Virus record (IMG/VR): IMGVR_UViG_3300027747_002460
Reading direction: 5' to 3' (one strand)
DNA: 64,000 nucleotides
Source: a virus
The position numbers were made by a program, and so were the translations under genes. Below are positions 45,350-53,501 of this stretch, piece by piece. Every line of letters begins with the position of its first letter. Position 1 is the first letter of the stretch. The notes under the pieces were generated by a model. The model did not search any database, had not been told where the DNA came from, and saw only the letters and a list, made by a program, of their open reading frames with translations.

Positions 45350-46018
45350 TCAAGTGGCACGGCGTATGGCAATGACCTTGCTGGCAGCGAACATGCTTAC
45401 CCTGACGCTGTTGCTTTGGTTACCACCCAGCACCTTGTAATAGAGCTGACCATTGACCATGGCCGAACCAACCAGGAATCCCACATGTGTGAGGCTACGC
45501 CGGCTCACGCCCTTGAGAACCACTATGTCACCCTGTGCTGGCTGTTTGACCGGCTGCCCATAGCGCATAAAGCTCATGGTTTCGATGCTGCCACTGAACG
45601 CATGTCCAGTCTGTACCAGTATGGCATTGGCAAATGCCGCACACCAAGCTGTGTGCTGCGGATTTATGCGGAGGTCAAGCTGCTCATTGAACAGCTTAGA
45701 CAGAGCAGCTGCGTCCCTGTTTTGGTTCAAACCTTCATAGGCACTGGCAGCAGTGATCACTACAGCCATTGGTCCTTCTGGCAGATCAGACTCACTAGAT
45801 ATGAGCCAGTTGCCGTGATGCCCAACGGCATGACGTGTGTGGTGGTGTTTGGCGCAGGCCTTGCGTGATTTAGCCGCACAGGATCTAGCGTGGTGGTGAT
45901 GATGGTGCAGAGGGGCAATCTTGGCGCCGTGATGCTCTGTAGCATGTGCCACTTGGATGATCGCCGTAGCTGCCCATATCAGCACCGCTAGCGGTACCGA
46001 AACAGACCGATAAGCCAT
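45350..46018 (-). CDS. Secreted TIGR02594/CHAP-like (NlpC/P60 superfamily) cell-wall hydrolase
   Basis: Signal peptide, His-rich linker, AWCAAFAN, THVGF, LGGNQSNSV. Confidence 0.8.
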   Translation of the reverse strand: MAYRSVSVPLAVLIWAATAIIQVAHATEHHGAKIAPLHHHHHHARSCAAKSRKACAKHHHTRHAVGHHGNWLISSESDLPEGPMAVVITAASAYEGLNQNRDAAALSKLFNEQLDLRINPQHTAWCAAFANAILVQTGHAFSGSIETMSFMRYGQPVKQPAQGDIVVLKGVSRRSLTHVGFLVGSAMVNGQLYYKVLGGNQSNSVRVSMFAASKVIAIRRAT

Positions 46019-46236
46019 CTATTCTCCTCGTTGTGGTGCACTGGTATGCACGCATGTTATGGAGCACTCCTTACCGAGATGCTACACTAATTTATCTCCT
46101 GAGCACAATAATTACAAGTTAAGCAAGGTAGATTACGTAAAGTAATAAAATATAAGCTGTGCCAAGGCACAGCACGCGGATATTGCTGAGATATCACGTT
46201 GATCCAATTGGATAATATACAGGATTTTTGTAGGTT

Positions 46237-46686
46237 TTAGCCCAACTCTCGGCAGCGTTTCTGGAACAGCCGCAGTCTCTCTGCTGCGCTGTCGTTGCTG
46301 ATCAGCATGTTCACGTTCCAAGTCACTGGTTCTGGCATGCTGTCCAGCGCACACCACTTGTGATCAACGTTTTCCCAGTCCAAGCTGGGCGTGAACTGCT
46401 GAGGCACGCAGATCGCATAATCAACTGCCACGAACCTTGGTTCCTGGGTGATGCGCTTGCTGAGCATGATGTATGGTGCCGAACCAAGTTCCCAGTCCAT
46501 TTCTTCTGTCAGCTCTCTGCGCAGTGCTATGATGTGCTTCTCACCTGGCTCCACATGCCCACCCGGTAGATCCCACTGCAGCGGCCTGTCCACTAGGTCG
46601 CTGCGCAGCAGAAACAGATAGGTATCATCCAATCTGCTCCATATCAGGGCCTTGCTGCTGCCGTGGTTCAATTCAGAGATTCGCAT
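46237..46686 (-). CDS. NUDIX hydrolase with MRISEL leader
   Basis: PGGHVEPGEKHIIALRRELTEE. Confidence 0.85.
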   Translation of the reverse strand: MRISELNHGSSKALIWSRLDDTYLFLLRSDLVDRPLQWDLPGGHVEPGEKHIIALRRELTEEMDWELGSAPYIMLSKRITQEPRFVAVDYAICVPQQFTPSLDWENVDHKWCALDSMPEPVTWNVNMLISNDSAAERLRLFQKRCRELG

Positions 46687-46700
46687 GTGCTTAATTATTC

Positions 46701-47573
46701 CTAACGTGACAGCAACCTGTCGTAGTTTGCTAACATGATGCGATTGACCTCATGCTTCTGCCAGTTTCTATCAAGATTGCTACCCATCAATGACTGTGCT
46801 CCAAGATCAACGATAATCCGCAGATTGCCCTCTACCCAAGACCGCAATGCTACCTGATCGTGCTCTGCGATGGGGCCGAGATGTAGATGGTCCATCATAC
46901 GCATGAATGGCGTCAACGACGTGTCTGTCAGCAGCTGGCCAGCACTGACCATGAGATCTGAGTTTGATTGTATGTGCTTGCGCTGATTCGCTGCTATGTA
47001 ATGCCTGCCATCCAGCCAATGTTCGTATGACCAGTGGCAGTCTGTGCTGCTTATCAGCCAACCAGGCACCCAGCCAACTGCGTCAAAATGTGCCTTGATA
47101 TGATCAGCATATAGGTAACTGTCGATGTTGTCTGGTAATTCCCAGTGGCGTCGCATGTATGACTTGGCAGAATGCATGATCTCTGCTAACCACCAGTCTT
47201 GCGGCTCATATAAGAGATCAACGATGATCGTATCAACGAAAACTTTCCTGAGATTGACGCTATTTGATATCCTGTAATGGCTAAGTCCTATGCGTTTATC
47301 AGTATTTTTATTCCTCATGATACGCACAAAAGTCGATAGGCTATCCTGATCCATCAGAGGCCAATCCTGACAGCGTATGCCACAGAGATCAGCAAGCTGT
47401 TGATCTGGTCCATGTGTGATCATCGCGCGATCAAACTGATCACTGTAATGCCCTCGGTTATGATCATCCCAGGTGATACCATCTGGTATCCTATCCATGT
47501 GTCTTGACAGCAACTGTGCCACGGTGTCACCACCGCATCCACCAGCTCGTCTCAGCAGCACATTATTAGTCAT
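46701..47573 (-). CDS. GGCGG-loop protein, paralogue 1
   Basis: LLRRAGGCGGDTV; shares its architecture with the next gene. Confidence 0.6.
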   Translation of the reverse strand: MTNNVLLRRAGGCGGDTVAQLLSRHMDRIPDGITWDDHNRGHYSDQFDRAMITHGPDQQLADLCGIRCQDWPLMDQDSLSTFVRIMRNKNTDKRIGLSHYRISNSVNLRKVFVDTIIVDLLYEPQDWWLAEIMHSAKSYMRRHWELPDNIDSYLYADHIKAHFDAVGWVPGWLISSTDCHWSYEHWLDGRHYIAANQRKHIQSNSDLMVSAGQLLTDTSLTPFMRMMDHLHLGPIAEHDQVALRSWVEGNLRIIVDLGAQSLMGSNLDRNWQKHEVNRIMLANYDRLLSR

Positions 47574-47578
47574 GGCTT

Positions 47579-48475
47579 CTAAAACCACGCATCTGGTCGT
47601 GCCATGAGCTGGTCGTACTGCGGCAAGAGTATGTCCTTGATCAGCTGCTTCTGCTCTGCCTTGGTCATGGCCATGCCAATGTACCCGGTAGCTCCCAGTT
47701 GATCTATGATCCGCAGGTTTCCAGCTGCCCAGTTCTCTAGATTGATCCGATCGCTGTCATCCAGGCTGCCTGCCCCAACGATGTGCAGTATCTGTTCAAA
47801 TCCTCGCAGTGATCGATCAGACACTAGCTGGCCGCCATCCAGCATGAGATTGCTGGTTAGCCTTAGCTTCTCACGTCGCTGCTTGTCTGGGTAACCTCTG
47901 TTGTCGAGGAACTCACTGAAAGAGCCTATGGGAACGCAGTCGCTGAGCCACCAGTGCGGTATCCAACCATGTTCTGCGTGATGTTGTACCATGATATCAT
48001 AGCTGGGATATCTGGCATTGTCCCTGTCGCTGGGCAGATGCTTGGTCTTGCGTAGAGCACCTTTGAAAAGCTGCAGCAGCTGAATCAACCAGAAATTACC
48101 GTCGTCTGGTAGTATGTCAATGAACGTGGTATCAGGGCCAAAGGCTGCGCGCCAGTCTAGGTCCCAGCTGAAATTATAGTGGCACATGCCCACTCTGTGA
48201 TCGGGCCACAGCTGTCGCATGCCATCCACGTAGGTCCTGATCTGCTCAGCAGTCATGGCTTCCCAGGGTCCCAATGGCAGTCCAAATGCTTCTGACTGTG
48301 CCACCGTGATGGTCTCATGCAGCATCTCGTACTCAAAGAGGTCTACTCGGCCCGATCCTGCCCTGTTGCGTGGGTCAACGCTGAGATCCTTGACCTGTCC
48401 ATCTAGGTGTTTGCTGATCAATCTCACCACGGCTTCGCCGCCACAACCGCCTTTGAATCGCACCAGCACGTTCAT
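47579..48475 (-). CDS. GGCGG-loop protein, paralogue 2
   Basis: LVRFKGGCGGEAV...GWIPHWW...SNLMLDGGQL...NWAAGNLRII. Confidence 0.6.
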   Translation of the reverse strand: MNVLVRFKGGCGGEAVVRLISKHLDGQVKDLSVDPRNRAGSGRVDLFEYEMLHETITVAQSEAFGLPLGPWEAMTAEQIRTYVDGMRQLWPDHRVGMCHYNFSWDLDWRAAFGPDTTFIDILPDDGNFWLIQLLQLFKGALRKTKHLPSDRDNARYPSYDIMVQHHAEHGWIPHWWLSDCVPIGSFSEFLDNRGYPDKQRREKLRLTSNLMLDGGQLVSDRSLRGFEQILHIVGAGSLDDSDRINLENWAAGNLRIIDQLGATGYIGMAMTKAEQKQLIKDILLPQYDQLMARPDAWF

Positions 48476-48885
48476 TTTTCAGACTTTCCCAGCTGTGGAT
48501 AGCCAAGATGGCGACGCAGTTCCTTGTCCTGCGGCTCAAAGCGCTCACCCCGGAAGAATATCCTGTAGCTTTCTGATCCGTATTGGCCAATGCCATACAG
48601 CTTGGTAGCATCTGCGCCGTCCCAGCCAAGGAAGTCTTGGCTCATGCGGCGGAAGGTATTCTCTCTGCGATTGTAGAAGCCCAGAGGTCGTATCACTGCC
48701 TTTACCTCATCCGGATCACTGGCAAGATATGCCTCGGGTGTGGGCCAGCGCTCAAGGAACTCTGGCAGCACCGTTTTCACAGGTTTGCGGCCCGTTTGAT
48801 TGAGCATCACAACACCTATCATATGTTGCCATGGGCCGTTGATCTGCTGTTGGACCATGAGATCATCACGCAGTGGCTGTGCCAT
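48472..48885 (-). CDS. MBD4-like HhH-GPD DNA glycosylase
   Basis: PWQHMIGVVMLNQT, FLERWPTPE, PLGFYNRR, LYGIGQYGSESYRIF, DKEL. Confidence 0.8.
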   Translation of the reverse strand: MAQPLRDDLMVQQQINGPWQHMIGVVMLNQTGRKPVKTVLPEFLERWPTPEAYLASDPDEVKAVIRPLGFYNRRENTFRRMSQDFLGWDGADATKLYGIGQYGSESYRIFFRGERFEPQDKELRRHLGYPQLGKSEK

Positions 48886-49108
48886 GTACCTTGCTCACGT
48901 CTATGCCTAGCAGATAGAATTGCTTGCGGTCTGGTGTGACGAACACGTATGTGTTTGGATCAGTTACTTTTTGATCGTTGATGCGTATGCCACCCTGTGC
49001 GATCAGCCTGCGGCCTTCGCCCTTGCTCTTGGTCCAACCCATCTGTACCATGAGGTCAACCAACTCGTGCGCCGTGCACCATTCAATGACTTCTTCAACG
49101 GTCATCAC
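48866..49108 (-). CDS. Stand-alone S4 RNA-binding domain resembling the TyrRS C-terminal domain
   Basis: LVDLMVQMGWTKSKGEGRRLIAQGGIRINDQKV. Confidence 0.75.
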   Translation of the reverse strand: MMTVEEVIEWCTAHELVDLMVQMGWTKSKGEGRRLIAQGGIRINDQKVTDPNTYVFVTPDRKQFYLLGIDVSKVHGTATA

Positions 49109-49397
49109 GCGAACCTCGGCATGTTGGAGTAGATGCCCGTATATGCGAGCTGACCCAGGCTAGTCGCAAGAGAGTCTAGATAACTCTCAGCGCACTTATG
49201 GACACGCAATCGTGGTTCCTTGCTGTGATCAGATACCATGTAGAACAGGTGGAGATAACCTGTGTCCAGCTGTGGTTTGAATATTTCCCGGAGTTCGTCT
49301 AAGGTCATGGCGCACCAAACAGTATGAACATGTCAGCTAGCAATCCAATCAGCGTCACGGCCACGCAGATCGCTAATACTCGGGTGGGAATCATCAT

Positions 49398-49724
49398 TTA
49401 TCCTTGTTTCTCAACAGTCATCATTTCACGAACCTCGACGAGGGTCTTGTCTACCTCTTTGAGGTCATCCAGATAGGGCAGCAGCGGTGATGGATAAGCG
49501 TATGGTTCAAAGCTGGTCTGCGAGCCGTCAAACCATCGCATGCGATAGAGCACACCAGCTGACTCCGTCTTGAGCACGCACATGCGCGGATCGTTACACA
49601 CGCCCCAGTCTTCACCTGCTACTAGATTCTCTCGCAGCCATTCCACTCGTTCCATGGCTTCCCAATCATCAAGCCGGCGCCAATCCAACACCCAGATCTG
49701 TTCCCTGGTGGTATCGTCTATCAT
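49398..49724 (-). CDS. Family-like small protein
   Basis: EWLRENL core, GVLYRMRWFD. Confidence 0.55.
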   Translation of the reverse strand: MIDDTTREQIWVLDWRRLDDWEAMERVEWLRENLVAGEDWGVCNDPRMCVLKTESAGVLYRMRWFDGSQTSFEPYAYPSPLLPYLDDLKEVDKTLVEVREMMTVEKQG

Positions 49725-50359
49725 AGTAATCCGCTCAGTTCTCGCATCCTGCGTGTGCGGAAGAAGCTCAGCGTCTCCCCAAACTTCTCAGTCTCGCTCA
49801 ACACGAACTGATACCTCTTGTAGGCATCGTCATGGTGTTTGAAAAACTGATCCATCTCTGCCGCATCCGTGAATGTGGTGTAGCTGGTACCGGGTTCCTT
49901 GCGATCATACACTGATATCTTATGTCCCAGTGCGAACAGCTTCTTCCAAATCTTAAAACCATCGTCGCTGAGCTGCCTGTCGCTCATCACTCTGATGCTT
50001 ACATCACTGTCCTTGAGTATGGCATCATAGAGATCAGCAGCCCACGGTGCCTTGCCCTTGTAGGCAGGGTTCTTGCCAATGGCATTGACCACCAAGGCCT
50101 GACGCTGTGCCGACAGTTCCGCAGCTAACACGATGTCTGTGCCCTGCTGGTACCAATAGAACTTGGTCTGGCTACCTTCGATCTTCTTGAGATCGTTGGG
50201 CAGGTCAATCACAGTAGCACCCTGTGCGATGCGCTTGTTAATGCTAGCCACGATGAAATCGTACGTATCTATTTCTCCAATACCACTAGGCATCTCGCTC
50301 AACCAGGATTCATGGAAATCTGTTCTGCTGTCGCCGATGGGCTCCCTGTGTGCTGTCAT
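49721..50359 (-). CDS. Hypothetical protein, possible GNAT-like fold
   Basis: SDRQLSDDGFKIWKKL pattern; weak assignment. Confidence 0.5.
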   Translation of the reverse strand: MTAHREPIGDSRTDFHESWLSEMPSGIGEIDTYDFIVASINKRIAQGATVIDLPNDLKKIEGSQTKFYWYQQGTDIVLAAELSAQRQALVVNAIGKNPAYKGKAPWAADLYDAILKDSDVSIRVMSDRQLSDDGFKIWKKLFALGHKISVYDRKEPGTSYTTFTDAAEMDQFFKHHDDAYKRYQFVLSETEKFGETLSFFRTRRMRELSGLL

Positions 50360-50577
50360 CGCTTGACCTTCTTGGCACGTTCATACCAATGCTTGCTGGC
50401 AACCCGCAGCTTGTCGTTGCTCTCTCGCACATGCTCCAGCAGTGCCTTGGCAGCCGTGGCCTGGCTCAGGCGATGTGCGCCATTGTCCTGATCCACCATG
50501 TGATCCATGATCTCTATGATCATGTCAATGTATGGGCAGGTGTTCTCCGGTATCAGCGGTTTCAGTTCCGTGCTCAT
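50356..50577 (-). CDS. Hypothetical early protein
   Basis: Follows the promoter at 50609-50632. Confidence 0.6.
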   Translation of the reverse strand: MSTELKPLIPENTCPYIDMIIEIMDHMVDQDNGAHRLSQATAAKALLEHVRESNDKLRVASKHWYERAKKVKR

Positions 50578-50608
50578 GCTGCTAACCTTTGCTTGATAGC
50601 CTCCAGCA

Positions 50609-50632
50609 TAGCACAGGCTAGGGCAATGTCAA
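50609..50632 (-). promoter_or_regulatory. Sigma70-like early promoter
   Basis: GGTTGACA-N13-TGCTA. Confidence 0.65.
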
Positions 50633-51080
50633 CCGTAGCGCCGTCCATCAGGCATCCTTGCTGTCTGGGTACAGGGATTGCCTAGCCAGCTTGATGAAAT
50701 GGTCACGCTGCAGGCGTATCTTGTCGTGGCTGAGCTCATAACCATCATGCGCGATGATGCCCAGATTATAACGATGGCGTGCCAATTCTGCCTCAGCAGC
50801 TGCCAGCTTGGTCCAAGCGTCTTCCAGCTTGGCCTGTGTTTCTGTTGCGGTTACCAACCAATCAGTCATTGCCCTAGCTCCTTGATCCTCTGGCTGAGAT
50901 AGTCTCGCACCAAGAGCAGCAGCGTGAGTCGTTGATCTTCTTGGTATGTCCTGTCTTGTTTGTTTTGCAGCCGATCAACTTCAATGTCAAGGTGGTTGTT
51001 GATGTCATATTGGAAAGCAGTCTTCAGCATGTAGCTCACCGAGACGTTGTGCGTGTGATCAACCATTGGTGTTCCCGAGG

Positions 51081-52445
51081 TTATCTGTCTACTTTTGGCA
51101 GCTTCTTCAGTGCCAGCACTTCCTTCTTATATATGTCTTTTTGCTTCACAGGATCTGATAATACTGCCATGTGCGATGCGATCTCTGCTGATAGGTCGCT
51201 GATCTTGGCAGTGACTTCAGCCAGCGTGTCCTTGGCCCAACGATAGCTGGGAAGACCAGCCAGCCTATCGATCTGATCTTCGTCTACAGCTATGGCCTTG
51301 GATTCCACGATCTCCGTGACCTTGCTTACCACACCTGCTCGATCTGCTGCTTGCGGTAAGAAAGCTGGTAGCTGCCCTTCGATGCAGGCCTTGATGGCTG
51401 AATTCCAGTTCAGCTGATAGGTCAGATCAGCTATCATCTTCTCATAGCGTGTCTTGTACCAACCCAGTCGCCAAGACACGAACTCAGCAACTACCTGCTC
51501 AGCAGTCTCAAATTGGCGAACGCTGTTGCCATTCCAATCCAGCACCACGATGCGCTCTGTGGCCTTGCTGCGCAGCTTGAAGTAATCTATGGCAGTGTCT
51601 TCGGTCCAGTCCTTGATAGCACCGCGCTTGAATCGTATCTCGATGCGGATCTCCTTGGTGCTGCGATCTATGTAGGTCTGGATCTTGTCCTCTTCCTCCA
51701 TGGTGTTGAGCCGAGCCTTGAACTTTTCAAGGCTGAGATCCGGAGGCAGTTCTTCGATCCAAACCGTGCTACCGTCTATGCGGCAGCGCCCTGTGAACTC
51801 CCAGGTATTGCCAGCGATGTTGCGCACCTTGCAGCTGAGGTAGTCATAGCGAGGTACCATGGTCTTGATCGGTTTACCATCTATGGCCGACACTGTGGCT
51901 TCAATGATGTCATCCAAGCCTCTGGGTAGGATGTCAGTGCTCCAACCAACTGCGATGCCTGAGATACCGTTGAGCAGAACCATGGGAACCAGCGGTAGAT
52001 AGTTCTTGGGCTCAAACACAGATCCGTCGTAGTTTTCTTTCAGAGGCACGATGTCATAGTCAGTGAACACCAGCGCATCAGTCTGGGCATTGCGCTTGAG
52101 ATAGGTATAGCGTGCTGCTCCCCAGTCAGTGGGTCCAACCTTGGTGCCAAAAGCACCAATGCCCTGCAGCAGAGGCACGTTGTTACAGTAGGGTGCTGCC
52201 ATGAGGCTCAGCGTCTCCGCAGCCGATGCGTCACCGTGCAGGTAGACGTTTTGGCTGATCATCTCACCTGCCAGCGAGATGGTCTTGATCTTGTCGCCCT
52301 TGGGTTTGATCACGAACAGTGCCTTGCGCTGTGCGTCCTTGAGCCCGTCGCACACGCTGGGTATGCCGCGTGTTTGGCACACATAGATCGAGTAATCTCG
52401 GCTGGTACCCTTGATATAATCAGTGGTGTTAGCGTATGTGCTCAT
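51081..52445 (-). CDS. Type II DNA topoisomerase, breakage-reunion subunit (T4 gp52 / GyrA-ParC-like)
   Basis: IPSVCDGLKDAQRK, YLHGD, GAFG, AARY catalytic Tyr, LLNGISGIAVGW. Confidence 0.95.
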   Translation of the reverse strand: MSTYANTTDYIKGTSRDYSIYVCQTRGIPSVCDGLKDAQRKALFVIKPKGDKIKTISLAGEMISQNVYLHGDASAAETLSLMAAPYCNNVPLLQGIGAFGTKVGPTDWGAARYTYLKRNAQTDALVFTDYDIVPLKENYDGSVFEPKNYLPLVPMVLLNGISGIAVGWSTDILPRGLDDIIEATVSAIDGKPIKTMVPRYDYLSCKVRNIAGNTWEFTGRCRIDGSTVWIEELPPDLSLEKFKARLNTMEEEDKIQTYIDRSTKEIRIEIRFKRGAIKDWTEDTAIDYFKLRSKATERIVVLDWNGNSVRQFETAEQVVAEFVSWRLGWYKTRYEKMIADLTYQLNWNSAIKACIEGQLPAFLPQAADRAGVVSKVTEIVESKAIAVDEDQIDRLAGLPSYRWAKDTLAEVTAKISDLSAEIASHMAVLSDPVKQKDIYKKEVLALKKLPKVDR

Positions 52446-52523
52446 GAATCCCTATCCTATTCTAGATCTAGCTTAACACATGATCTGGTTCTTGTAAATA
52501 CCTAATAAACGCAGAGAGCAGGC

Positions 52524-53231
52524 ATGAGCGATCTCATAGTTACCAGCTATTTCACGGCCAAGAGCGATCGAGGCAAGGCCTTAGCTCCTCGTGATGATAT
52601 CAGCTACATTGGATCTTGGTACCGCAGCGTGGTATCTCTGGGTTTGAACGGATTGATCCTGCATGATGGTCTCAGCGCAGATTTCATGTCTGCTCACAGC
52701 ACTGACAGGATCAGCTTCCAGTATCATGATAGCCATAGATGGAGCCCCAATGACGAGCGTTACATAGGGCTGTTGGATGTATTAGAAACTACTTCTCATG
52801 ATAGGATACTCCTGACCGATGGCAACGATGTCACGGTGAATCGCGATCCATTCGAGTTCATGACCGAACACAGGCTCTATTGCGGCACTGACATGCCCCA
52901 GGTTCATCGCCTGCGTGACAATGGCAGCTGCATGCAGAAGTGGCGCACGCTCAGACCATTGCTGGGTGTCAGTGATGAGGAAAGCGAACAATTCCTAGAG
53001 TTTGATCACGCGGCCGTGGGAATCTGCGGCGGACCCAGGGATCTCATGTTGTTACTGTTCAGATTGGTAGCCAGCGAGATGCGCAGGATCAACGACGATC
53101 GGAACCACAACTTCATGCTGATCAATTGGCTGCTGTGGAAGCACAGATTTTCGTTCTGGAAGGGTGCGCCATTTACCAGCCCGTTGTTTACCTTTGACAA
53201 ATCCAGTGATTACTATCTCACTCACAAGTGA
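52524..53231 (+). CDS. Glycosyltransferase-like protein
   Basis: LHD, NDERY, LTDGNDV...DPF; TAAATA at 52495-52500. Confidence 0.55.
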   Translation: MSDLIVTSYFTAKSDRGKALAPRDDISYIGSWYRSVVSLGLNGLILHDGLSADFMSAHSTDRISFQYHDSHRWSPNDERYIGLLDVLETTSHDRILLTDGNDVTVNRDPFEFMTEHRLYCGTDMPQVHRLRDNGSCMQKWRTLRPLLGVSDEESEQFLEFDHAAVGICGGPRDLMLLLFRLVASEMRRINDDRNHNFMLINWLLWKHRFSFWKGAPFTSPLFTFDKSSDYYLTHK

Positions 53232-53240
53232 GATATGATG

Positions 53241-53501
53241 CTAAGAAAACCTCAGGCGAGCAGCCACGGCTTCTGTTTGGCTTAGATTGCGCAGCTCTAC
53301 CGTCCATTCTGTGTGATACCTACCCCACTCGTTGGGCCAGATGGACAGCTTGCGCTCGTCCAATGCAGCGAGGTTCGCAAGACACCATTCCCTGATATCA
53401 GGATGGCTTCTGAAGAAGTGGTGCATCATGTCGCTGCTGTCCATGGTTTCAGCCATGTCTGCGTTGGTAAGCACGGTTCCCAGACGCACAGTGTCAGGCA
53501 T
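53241..53501 (-). CDS. Small family protein
   Basis: IREWC core, ends EAVAARLRFS. Confidence 0.55.
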   Translation of the reverse strand: MPDTVRLGTVLTNADMAETMDSSDMMHHFFRSHPDIREWCLANLAALDERKLSIWPNEWGRYHTEWTVELRNLSQTEAVAARLRFS

